DNA of 32,292 bases. It comes from Candidatus Eiseniibacteriota bacterium (GTDB taxonomy: Bacteria; Orphanbacterota; Orphanbacteria; Orphanbacterales; Orphanbacteraceae). The notes below the pieces were generated by a model. That model saw only the letters and a list, made by a program, of their open reading frames with translations. It ran no database searches and was not told the DNA's origin. Positions 17,264-25,385 of this stretch are shown here, one piece after another (positions within the stretch are counted from its first letter, which is position 1; every line of letters starts with the position of its first letter). Position numbers and translations under genes: made by a program. The stretch lies in the NCBI GenBank assembly GCA_043809585.1, contig JBDROZ010000039.1:138577-170868 (forward strand), written 5' to 3'.

Positions 17264-17292
17264 ATTGTAAGGAGAGGGGGTGTTTCTGTCAA
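17264..17292 (-). promoter_or_regulatory. Near-consensus sigma70 promoter for the TlpA gene
   Basis: Minus strand TTGACA (17292-17287, overlapping the galE stop), 17 bp, TACAAT (17269-17264). Confidence 0.75.
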
Positions 17293-18275
17293 ACCCCGTA
17301 GCCGCCCGGGTGGTTCCGATGCCAATCCCAGGCGGTCCGAACCACGTCTTCCAGGGAGGGGAATCGGGGTTCCCAACCGAGCACGCCGCGGATCTTCTCG
17401 TTCCCCGCGACCAGCCGGGCGGGGTCGCCGGGGCGGCGCCCTTCCGTCACGGCGGGGATGGGCATCCCGGTGACGGCGCGGGCGCACTCGATCACCTCCC
17501 GGACCGAGTAGCCGGTCCCGGTGCCCACGTTGAAGGCGTCCGAGTCCCCCCCGCCCGCGAGGTGATCCAGGGCGAGAACATGGGCCCGGGCCAGGTCGAC
17601 GGTGTGGATGTAGTCGCGGACGCAGGTGCCGTCCGGCGTGTCATAGTCGTCGCCGAAGACGCGGATCTCCTCTCGCCCCCCCAGGGCGACCTGGAGGACG
17701 AGGGGAATCAGGTGGGTCTCCGGATCGTGGTCCTCGCCCATCTCGCCTTCCGGGTCGGCGCCGGCCGCGTTGAAATAGCGGAGGGCCACGTAGCGGAGCC
17801 CGTGGGCCCGGGAGACGTCCCGGAGGATCTTCTCCACCACGAGTTTCGTCTCGCCGTAGACGTTGACCGGATTCTGGGGATGGTCCTCCCGGAGGGGCAT
17901 CGATTGGGGCTCGCCATAGGTGGCGCAGGTGGAGGAGAAGACGAAGCGCCTCACCCCCGCCTCGACACATGCATCGAGCAGGTTCATCGCGTTCGCCACG
18001 TTGTTCCGGTAGTACTTGAGCGGATTCTCCATCGACTCGCCCACGTAGCAGTGGGCGGCGAAGTGGATCACCGCGTCGAAGGGCTCCTCGGCGAAGAGGT
18101 ATTGGAGGCCCTCCCGGTCGGCGAGGGAAAGCGCCACGAGAGGGGCCCCCCGGACCGCCTGCCGGTGGCCTTCGGAGAGATCGTCGAGCACGACCGGATC
18201 GTGCCCTTCCATCATCAGTTCCTTGACGGTCTGGCTGCCGATGTACCCGGCGCCGCCGGTGACGAGAACCCTCAT
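17289..18275 (-). CDS. galE: UDP-glucose 4-epimerase
   Basis: VTGGAGYIGS, HFAA..VGES, FSSTCATYG, YGETK, LRYFNAAGA, PDGTCVRDYIH; ATGA overlap with upstream gene. Confidence 0.96.
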   Translation of the reverse strand: MRVLVTGGAGYIGSQTVKELMMEGHDPVVLDDLSEGHRQAVRGAPLVALSLADREGLQYLFAEEPFDAVIHFAAHCYVGESMENPLKYYRNNVANAMNLLDACVEAGVRRFVFSSTCATYGEPQSMPLREDHPQNPVNVYGETKLVVEKILRDVSRAHGLRYVALRYFNAAGADPEGEMGEDHDPETHLIPLVLQVALGGREEIRVFGDDYDTPDGTCVRDYIHTVDLARAHVLALDHLAGGGDSDAFNVGTGTGYSVREVIECARAVTGMPIPAVTEGRRPGDPARLVAGNEKIRGVLGWEPRFPSLEDVVRTAWDWHRNHPGGYGV

Positions 18276-19462
18276 CGGTCCTCCCGCCTCGGACCGTACG
18301 CGTCCCGGGCGTCCGCCCACACCCGTCCGATCGTGCCGGCCAGCTCGCGGTCGAGACGGCGCCGCCGCTCGGCGGCCCGATCCTCGTCGGTCAGGGGGCG
18401 ACCGCCGCGATGGATGTAGTCCTCCAGATCACCCCGGAGCACGCGCCAGCCCCGCCCCACTTTCAGCGCGGGGATCACTCCGGTTCGGAGAAGGTGCCGG
18501 GTCGTCTTCGTCGAAACCCGAAGGTAGGCGGCGGCTTCGTCCGCCGTCAGGGGCGCGTCCGCGGAGGGGACGGGACCGAGGGCCGGCGTGTCGATGGCCC
18601 GATGCAGCGCCTCGTCGCCGGCGGCCGGCAAAGGTGCGGACACCGCCTCGGAGGGAATCCCGCTGAGGAGATCCCGCGCCACCTCTTCGATCAGGTTCCG
18701 GTCGATCCGCGTGCGGTCGCCGCCGAGTCCGAGGAGGAGGGCGTTGGAGCAGATCACGTTGACGAGCCGGGGGATCCCTTTCGAGTGGCGGTAGATGGCG
18801 GTGAGCGCGTCGTCCGTGAAGAGCCCGCGCCCGGGCGCCTCCGCCACGGAGAGCCGGTGTTCGATGTAGTCCCGGGACCGCTCCTCGTTCATCGGCGGGA
18901 CGTCGAACCGGACCGCCACCCGCTGCCGGAGCTGCCGCAGTTTCGGCTGCTCGAGTTGGGCGGCCAGTTCCGGCTGTCCGACGAGGACGGTCTGGATCAG
19001 CTTCGACTTCCGGGCCTCCAGATTCGAGAGCATGCGGATCTTCTCGAGGAGCTCATCCCCGAGGTTCTGCGCCTCGTCGAGGATGAGCACCGTCTTCCGG
19101 TCCTCCTGGTACTGCTTCAGGAGGAACCGGTTCAGCTCGATCAGGAGAAACGCCTCCGAATCACCCTGCACGCCCGTGTCGAAGTCGTCGTGGATCATCC
19201 GGAGGAGTTCGACGAAGTTCATGGCCGTCGAGAAGATGAAGGCCGTGGTGAGAGCGTCCCCGTGCCGGTCGAGGAACGAGTGGACCAGGGTGGTCTTGCC
19301 CGTGCCGACCTCGCCGGTCAGGAGGACGTACCCCTTGCCGGAAAAGACGCCGTACTCGAGATGGGCGAGCGCCTCCCGGTAGACATCGTCGAGATAGAGG
19401 AACCCCGGGTCCGGCGTGAGCTGGAAGGGGTCTTCGGAGAATCCGTAGTACTTACAATACAT
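18272..19462 (-). CDS. ExeA/GspA-like AAA ATPase with C-terminal excisionase-type (HTH_17-like) DNA-binding domain
   Basis: MY..YYGF...PFQLTPDP, Walker A GEVGTGKT, Walker B LILDEAQ, LVGQPEL, GIPRLVN; C-terminal LTADEAAAYLRVS...IPALKVGRGWRV. Confidence 0.88.
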   Translation of the reverse strand: MYCKYYGFSEDPFQLTPDPGFLYLDDVYREALAHLEYGVFSGKGYVLLTGEVGTGKTTLVHSFLDRHGDALTTAFIFSTAMNFVELLRMIHDDFDTGVQGDSEAFLLIELNRFLLKQYQEDRKTVLILDEAQNLGDELLEKIRMLSNLEARKSKLIQTVLVGQPELAAQLEQPKLRQLRQRVAVRFDVPPMNEERSRDYIEHRLSVAEAPGRGLFTDDALTAIYRHSKGIPRLVNVICSNALLLGLGGDRTRIDRNLIEEVARDLLSGIPSEAVSAPLPAAGDEALHRAIDTPALGPVPSADAPLTADEAAAYLRVSTKTTRHLLRTGVIPALKVGRGWRVLRGDLEDYIHRGGRPLTDEDRAAERRRRLDRELAGTIGRVWADARDAYGPRREDR

Positions 19463-19538
19463 GTCCGCCTCTCGGGGGAGTGGTTCTGTCCGGGGGATCG
19501 GCCGGAAGGCCGTAACCCTGAAGCGTTTGGCCCGCATC

Positions 19539-19567
19539 AGTCTGAACGGCGGGGGGACTCGTGTCAA
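19539..19567 (-). promoter_or_regulatory. Putative sigma70 promoter for the ATPase-galE pair
   Basis: Minus strand TTGACA (19567-19562, overlapping the carbamate kinase stop), 17 bp, CAGACT (19544-19539). Confidence 0.5.
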
Positions 19568-20532
19568 GGGGCGCCGGGTACGATCCAAGTGCCGTCCCGG
19601 CCGGTAATGCCCTCGAGGAGGAGGCTGACGCTGGTGACGAGCACTCCCCTGCCCCCTCCCTCGAGGAACCTGATGGCCGATTCGATCTTCGGCCCCATGC
19701 TGCCTGCGGGGAACTCGCCCGCTTCGTGATACGTCTTCGCCTCCGCGAGGCTCAGGCGGTCGAGGTTCCGCTGGTCCGGCTTCCCGAAGCGGATCGCCAC
19801 CTTGGGGACCGCCGTGATCACCGCGAGGATCGTCGCGCCCACGTCCCGGGCGAGGAGGACCGCGGCCCGGTCCTTGTCGACCACCGCTTCCACCCCCTCG
19901 AGGCGTCCGTCGGCGTCCCGGCGGACGGGGATGCCCCCTCCGCCGACGGCGATCACCACGGCGCCCGTCTCGACGAGGGAGCGCACCAGTTCCCCTTCCA
20001 CGATCCGGACCGGCTTCGGCGACGGGACGACGCGGCGCCAGCCCCGGCCGCTGTCCTCGATCATGTTCCACCGCTTCTCGCGCCGGAGGACGTCCACTTC
20101 TTCTTTCCTATAGAAGGGGCCGATCGGCTTGGTCGGCCGCTGGAACGCCGGATCGGCGAGATCCACCTCCACCTGGGTGATCAGGGTGATGACGCTCCGT
20201 TCGACGCCGAGGGCGAGGAGCTCGTTCGCGAGGATCTGCTGGACCATGTATCCGATACCACCGCACGAGTCGGCAACGCAGACGTCGAGAGGCATGGGGG
20301 GGATCCGATCGGAGGCGGCTTCGTTCCGGATGACGATGTTGCCCACGATCGGGCCGTTCCCGTGGGTGATCACTACCCTGTGCCCCGCGGCGATGAGACG
20401 GGCCACCGCGCGCATGGTGACGCGGGTGGTCTCCTTCTGCTCCGCGAGCGTACCCCGGCTCTTCGGGTCGATGAGGGCGTTCCCCCCCACCGCGACGACG
20501 ATGGAGTCGCTCGTTTCCACTGCGAAACTCAT
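19564..20532 (-). CDS. arcC: Carbamate kinase
   Basis: VAVGGNA, THGNGP.VG, PTKPIGPFY, RRVVPSP, GGGGIPV, EAVVDKD, GSMGPK. Confidence 0.95.
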   Translation of the reverse strand: MSFAVETSDSIVVAVGGNALIDPKSRGTLAEQKETTRVTMRAVARLIAAGHRVVITHGNGPIVGNIVIRNEAASDRIPPMPLDVCVADSCGGIGYMVQQILANELLALGVERSVITLITQVEVDLADPAFQRPTKPIGPFYRKEEVDVLRREKRWNMIEDSGRGWRRVVPSPKPVRIVEGELVRSLVETGAVVIAVGGGGIPVRRDADGRLEGVEAVVDKDRAAVLLARDVGATILAVITAVPKVAIRFGKPDQRNLDRLSLAEAKTYHEAGEFPAGSMGPKIESAIRFLEGGGRGVLVTSVSLLLEGITGRDGTWIVPGAP

Positions 20533-20663
20533 CGGACCGGCCTCCGCCCGGGCGGGGACGGGAAGGGACTCCGGGGGAAACAGATCGTCCGAGGACCCGT
20601 ACCTCGGTGGGAGGACCCCCGGACGACCGGAAAAACTAACGATATCACCGGGTGCGCGGGCCG

Positions 20664-22418
20664 TCAACCGCCGCCGAGGCCTACGGATAATTCGAAGGCC
20701 GGACCCCCCGGCCCGGCGGCGACGGCGAGGTGGACCGGCCGGAAGGGGAACCCGGAAGCGCTCGCCCGGAAGCCGGCCTCCTCGTGGCCTCCGCCGAACC
20801 ACGCCACGGGGGAGGACCCGGGAAGGTGGGGGACCGGAAAGAGGAGGACCCGGTCCGCCTCCGGGAGGGCGATGCAGGAGAGGGTGAAGGAGGCGCCGGG
20901 ACCGAGGCGCCGGGAGAGGAGGAGCGAGAGGCCCCGCGCCCGCCGGACTTTCGTGCCGCCCGGGGAGCGGGAGGCGGCGGCGCGGAGATCGGCCCGGAGG
21001 CGCCAGGGGCCGCGCGCCACGGTTCCGCCGGCGCTGAAGGCGATCGATCCCCCCTCCCGCCGGACCCCCCCGAGGACCTCGCTCTTCACGGCGGAACCGG
21101 CGCCGGCGAAGAGACGGACCGCTCCCCATCCCCTCTCCAGGCGTACCGAGCCTTCGGTCCCGAGAACGGGGCCCGAAGAGCGCCAGGTCCTGCCCTCGGT
21201 CGCGTACCGGTGAACGCGCCCGTGGATCTCGATCTTTCCGGGTCCTCTTCCTCCGACGAGAAAGATGGCCCCGCTCTCGCCGTTCGGCTCGGAGCCGACC
21301 CGGTGGTAGCCGGCGCTCCGGGGGGCGTGAAAGTCCGGACCGTAATGACGCAACCGGAGGACACCCTTCCACCCGGCGGCGGCGGCCCGAAAGAAGAGCC
21401 GACCCCCTCCCCCGCCGGCCGCTGTGAGGGCGGCCTCTCCCTCGCCGAGGAAACGCCCCCGGTCGACGCGGAGGTCGACCGACACGGCGGAGAGCCGGGA
21501 GCCCCGGAAGGCGTTCGGCTTCCGCGAAAGATCCCCGCCCCCGAGAGGCGGATCGAAGCGGGCGGCGGCCGCGACCATGCCGATCCGGTCCCGCCCCCCA
21601 CCCCCTTCCCAGCGGCAGGCGGCGATCCGCTCGCCGGAGCGGTCTTTGCGGGCGCTCTCTTCGGGCGTCCGGTGGAGGCCGGCGTCGTCGAAGGAGGAGA
21701 CGAAGCCGTCGTCGTCGACACGGGCGTCCCGGACCGTTGACGTGAGAAGAAAAATCCACTCCCCCCGGCGGCGGACACGGACACCGATCCCCCGGTGGGC
21801 CCGGTTCTCCGACCGGGAGCGGTACCGCTCGAGACGGCTGGGCGGGGAAGGCCCGAAACCGGCCGGCGTTCCGAAGGGCTCGTGGGTGCCGACGAGGAGC
21901 CCGCCGCCGAGGCGAACCCGAAGGTCGCCGGCGACCACCCGCGCGCTTACCCCGGTCCAGGAGAAGCCGGCAAGAGAGAGATCGTTCCAGCGCGCTTCCC
22001 TCGCGTCCCGCTCGGCGAGGAACCCGGCGGCGAAGGGACCGGCCCTCGCCTCGGCGGCGTGAAGGGCCCGAACGCCCCCCGGACAGGACTCACGCCTCGT
22101 ACGGAAGCCGGCCCGGACCGGCATGGAGGGGAGGGCGATTCGCTCGTCCAGATCCCCGGGCGGGACGCCGAGAAAGAAGGCGAGGTCCTCGACTTCGGGC
22201 AGGGCATTCAACGACCGGGCGCGGCCGATCCGCGCCGCCCCCGCCCGGCCGACGCCGCGGAGAGCGCTGAGAAGGGGAAGCGGGGCGGTCTTCGGGTCGA
22301 GCCGCTCGACGGCCGCTCCGGTCAAGATCGGCGGCTCCGGCTCGGGGAGTTCGTCCGAGGCCGGCGCGGCGCGCCCGTCGATCGCGAGGGCGAAAAGAAT
22401 CAACAGAAGAAGCGTCAA
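20664..22418 (-). CDS. Exported helix-hairpin-helix (ComEA-like) domain protein with probable beta-rich outer-membrane C-terminal region
   Basis: Hydrophobic N-terminus; LDPKTAP...LSALRGVGRAGAARI HhH motif; GD..V.LGGGL and GLHRT..E...K motifs; alternating beta-strand patterns; start uncertain. Confidence 0.65.
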   Translation of the reverse strand: MTLLLLILFALAIDGRAAPASDELPEPEPPILTGAAVERLDPKTAPLPLLSALRGVGRAGAARIGRARSLNALPEVEDLAFFLGVPPGDLDERIALPSMPVRAGFRTRRESCPGGVRALHAAEARAGPFAAGFLAERDAREARWNDLSLAGFSWTGVSARVVAGDLRVRLGGGLLVGTHEPFGTPAGFGPSPPSRLERYRSRSENRAHRGIGVRVRRRGEWIFLLTSTVRDARVDDDGFVSSFDDAGLHRTPEESARKDRSGERIAACRWEGGGGRDRIGMVAAAARFDPPLGGGDLSRKPNAFRGSRLSAVSVDLRVDRGRFLGEGEAALTAAGGGGGRLFFRAAAAGWKGVLRLRHYGPDFHAPRSAGYHRVGSEPNGESGAIFLVGGRGPGKIEIHGRVHRYATEGRTWRSSGPVLGTEGSVRLERGWGAVRLFAGAGSAVKSEVLGGVRREGGSIAFSAGGTVARGPWRLRADLRAAASRSPGGTKVRRARGLSLLLSRRLGPGASFTLSCIALPEADRVLLFPVPHLPGSSPVAWFGGGHEEAGFRASASGFPFRPVHLAVAAGPGGPAFELSVGLGGG

Positions 22419-22476
22419 GAAGAGCTACCGGGCGGGCATAGACATGCGAAGTCGCGGCGCCGTGGGAAACGCCCCC

Positions 22477-22505
22477 AAGTTACGATCCGAGAGGACTCCG
22501 CGCAA
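22477..22505 (-). promoter_or_regulatory. Putative sigma70 promoter for the HhH gene
   Basis: Minus strand TTGCGC (22505-22500), 17 bp, TAACTT (22482-22477). Confidence 0.4.
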
Positions 22506-22584
22506 GGGGTAAGCAACAAAAACGAAATAATAAGGAAGGACAAATGGCGGAAACAGGTGGCTGTTTTCCACTCCCCCTGTATAG

Positions 22585-22679
22585 GAAATAGGAAATAGGG
22601 ACAGTCACCGTTTTAGGGAGAAATAGGGGAGAAATAGGGACAGTCACCGTTTTCACGATATAGGTGACTGTCCCTATTT
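22585..22679. repeat. Cluster of REP-like direct and inverted repeats
   Basis: GAAATAGGGACAGTCACCGTTTT at 22592-22614 and 22631-22653; inverted GGTGACTGTCCCTATTT at 22663-22679; extra GAAATAGG units at 22585 and 22620. Confidence 0.9.
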
Positions 22680-22682
22680 GTG

Positions 22683-24626
22683 CTATTTGTGGGAGGGGAT
22701 GAACCGGGCTTCGAGATCGGCGCCGTTCTCCAATTCGATCGAAACCTCCGGCCGGGCGCCCCACCCGGGCGGAGTCCAACCGGCGAACCGGTAGCCCGGG
22801 GCGGGCTCGGCTCCCAGGGAGATCGTCATTCCGGTGAAGTAGATTCCCTCCCACGGGGATCGGTCCGGGAGCCGCCCCTCGATCCGGACGGCGCCCCCGC
22901 CGGGAGGAACGGCACGCAGCGTGACCCGGACCGGTTCGCCCAGGGAGAACTCCTCTCGGGCATGGGCGCGGAGAACGGCCGGCCTCCGGCGGGCGAAGTC
23001 CCGGATGACCGAGACGACCCGCCCGTACTCCTCTTCCGACGCGTCCCATCGATTCCAATCGGCCGCCAGGTCCGCCCGGCTCCGGTCGATGATCTCGTCC
23101 AGGGCTTCTTCGACCCGTTCCGGTCGAAGATCGAAGTTCAGAAGCTCGCACATCCGGCCGGTGAAGCGCCGGCGGTACCCGGGATCCCCGAGCAGGGCCC
23201 GGGCGATGGCGGTCGAGGGGAGATCGTTCTCGTGGTCGACACGGCCGGCCAGAACAATGTCGGGTCTCAGGCGATCACGGGTCGCCCAGGCGAGCGTGTT
23301 GTGCTCCCCATGGGTGAAGGCCTCGTCGGCGTCCCAGGCGATCCACCGCCACCGGCGATCGGCGCCCTCCCGCCGCCGGTACGCGTACATGTTCCACTCG
23401 GGCCAGTCGGTGTTCGCGGCATACACGTTGAAGAGCCAGTAGTCGGTGAAGTTCTCGATGTCGATGAGCCCGCCCGCCCCTTCGAAGGCGGAGGGGACCG
23501 AGAGGTCCGCTTCCTCGAAGAAGGCGACCATCGACTCGTAGGCGTCCGGATCTCCCGTCACCGGATACCAGACGTCGGCGACGAGATCGAACGGTCCCGG
23601 GCCGGCGTGCCGTTCCAGGTACTCCTCGTCGATCCGCTCCCGGATGTTGTAGATCCCCCAGTAGCGGCCGTTCAGATAGACGGCGCACGGCGCGTAGGCG
23701 GACCCCATCCCCCCGGCCCGGGAGAAGAGCGTCCGGAAGAGCTCGTCCCGGAGGCGGGTGCGGGGATTGTCCCCCCCGGCCCGGAGGATCAGTGTGGTGA
23801 TGGGACGGCCGGCGCCCGGCAGCATCGCCTCGAGACCCGGCGCCCCCTCCCCTTCCGTCGGGACATGGTAAATGCGAAAGGACTTCTTCGCCTCTCCCCG
23901 GGAGGCCCCCCCGTGAATCCGGAGGAGAACGGGGAATCCGACCGGCTTCGATCGGCGATCGGCCAGGTACTCGACGAAGGCCTCCCGTTGCCACGAGCGC
24001 CCGCGCCCCTCCGGGTTTTGGTAAATGCCCGAATAGCGGTCCCAAAGGAAGACCGGATCGATGGAGATCATCACCACCGGGAGCTCTCCCGGCTCGTCGA
24101 AGATGACGGTCCGGTCGACCGGGTCGCTCGGTTGCCGCCCCGGAAGGAGCGACCGAAATCGAAGAGTCGTATTCTCGGTGATCGCGATCGGCGCCATGTA
24201 CTCCGGGCTCCGGGAGCCCGGAGTGCTTCCGCCGGTGGTGTAGTGAATCGCCGCCCCCTCCGGAGCCGAAAGCGCGACCAGGACCGGCCCGTCGCAGAAC
24301 CCGCTCTCCCGATCCGCGGAGGGGGCGGGCGCGACGGTCGTCACCTGCCTTCGGGGGAGATGCGGGTCGTCGCGCCCGGTGGTGAGATTCGCCACCTGTT
24401 CGCGGAAGCGGGAAAGATAGAGCGGGGAGAGTCCCCACATCCGATGCCGGAGACGCTCCGTGACCGGCGACTCGGAAAAGAGAAAGATCGCCACGACCAG
24501 GCCGACCGCCGCGAAGAGGGCCTTCCCGACCACCGCCCGGCGGGGCGCCCGGAGGGAGCGCGAATTCGTCCCCGCAGGTCCCCGATCGGTAGGCTGAGTT
24601 TCCTCGGGTCGGAACGGCTCCGGCAT
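22683..24626 (-). CDS. CotH kinase family protein with N-terminal TM anchor and Fn3-associated/chitobiase-like domain
   Basis: AIHYTTGGSTP, RIHGGASR...KKSFRI, VYLNGRYWGIYNIRERID, NTDWP..N, WRWIAWDAD. Confidence 0.88.
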   Translation of the reverse strand: MPEPFRPEETQPTDRGPAGTNSRSLRAPRRAVVGKALFAAVGLVVAIFLFSESPVTERLRHRMWGLSPLYLSRFREQVANLTTGRDDPHLPRRQVTTVAPAPSADRESGFCDGPVLVALSAPEGAAIHYTTGGSTPGSRSPEYMAPIAITENTTLRFRSLLPGRQPSDPVDRTVIFDEPGELPVVMISIDPVFLWDRYSGIYQNPEGRGRSWQREAFVEYLADRRSKPVGFPVLLRIHGGASRGEAKKSFRIYHVPTEGEGAPGLEAMLPGAGRPITTLILRAGGDNPRTRLRDELFRTLFSRAGGMGSAYAPCAVYLNGRYWGIYNIRERIDEEYLERHAGPGPFDLVADVWYPVTGDPDAYESMVAFFEEADLSVPSAFEGAGGLIDIENFTDYWLFNVYAANTDWPEWNMYAYRRREGADRRWRWIAWDADEAFTHGEHNTLAWATRDRLRPDIVLAGRVDHENDLPSTAIARALLGDPGYRRRFTGRMCELLNFDLRPERVEEALDEIIDRSRADLAADWNRWDASEEEYGRVVSVIRDFARRRPAVLRAHAREEFSLGEPVRVTLRAVPPGGGAVRIEGRLPDRSPWEGIYFTGMTISLGAEPAPGYRFAGWTPPGWGARPEVSIELENGADLEARFIPSHK

Positions 24627-24683
24627 GGCAAGAATCCTCGGGGACGAACCGCCCGGCGGACGGGCGCCGATCGATGAGCCCCT

Positions 24684-25382
24684 CTAGAAAAGCGCGCCCT
24701 GCTTGTTGAAGAAGATGTTGATCCGTTCGATCGGCGCGACCTCGCGAAGGGCGTCCTCCAGCGCGCCCAGCCGGTCGACCTCGAATCCGGTGAACGAGAA
24801 GCTGAGCGTCGTCGCCTCGTCGCCGGCGGAGACGCTCTCGAGCTTTCCCCGGCCCACGTGCCCGCCGATCAACTCCGTCACCCGCCTCCGGCCGTCGCCG
24901 CCGGTGGCCCGTCGGAGCGTGACGAGGATCATGCCGTCCTTCCGCTTCGACGCGCCGAGTCGGGGGACCGCCTTCTGAAGAAGGAGCAGGAGCAGGGCGA
25001 GCCCCAGGAGCATGCCGAGGAGCACGAACTGGAACGTGGCGCAGATCACGGCCCCCGCGATCAAGAGGAGGATGAAGGCGATCTCCTCCGGCTCCTTGAT
25101 CGGCGTCCGGAAACGAATGACCGAGAGCGCGCCGAGCAGACCGAGGGAGAGGGGGAGCGAGAACTGGATGGCGATGAAGAGGGCCGTGATGGCGGGCGCC
25201 ATCAGGAGGAATCCCCGATGCACCTGCGCCCCGGTCGCCCGGTTCTCGTAGAAGAGCTGGTAATACGCGGAGATCAGGATCCCCACGAGCGCGGAGACGA
25301 GAAGGGCGAAGGCGAAGCCCCAGAGATCGACCTCCATGTTCGGATCCCGCACCAGGCCCTCGATCGTGTCGAATATTTCCAT
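24684..25382 (-). CDS. DUF4956 family membrane protein
   Basis: SLGLLGALSVIRFRTPIKEP signature; several TM segments followed by a small soluble domain. Confidence 0.9.
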   Translation of the reverse strand: MEIFDTIEGLVRDPNMEVDLWGFAFALLVSALVGILISAYYQLFYENRATGAQVHRGFLLMAPAITALFIAIQFSLPLSLGLLGALSVIRFRTPIKEPEEIAFILLLIAGAVICATFQFVLLGMLLGLALLLLLLQKAVPRLGASKRKDGMILVTLRRATGGDGRRRVTELIGGHVGRGKLESVSAGDEATTLSFSFTGFEVDRLGALEDALREVAPIERINIFFNKQGALF

Positions 25383-25385
25383 TCC

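Noticed and set aside
18272-19462. Transposon or prophage ATPase (TniB/IstB-like) with excisionase
   Set aside because: The N-terminal MY..YYGF...PF..TPDP motif is ExeA-type; no integrase or transposase is adjacent and the gene is coupled to galE.
19564-21759. Apparent 731-aa carbamate kinase fusion and 599-aa ATPase extension in the ORF track
   Set aside because: The N-terminal extensions are low-complexity read-through of other genes' frames; family homology starts at 20532 and 19462.
22585-22679. Possible mini-CRISPR or iteron origin
   Set aside because: Only two direct copies 16 bp apart plus an inverted copy; the intervening DNA is itself repeat-derived; no cas or rep gene nearby.
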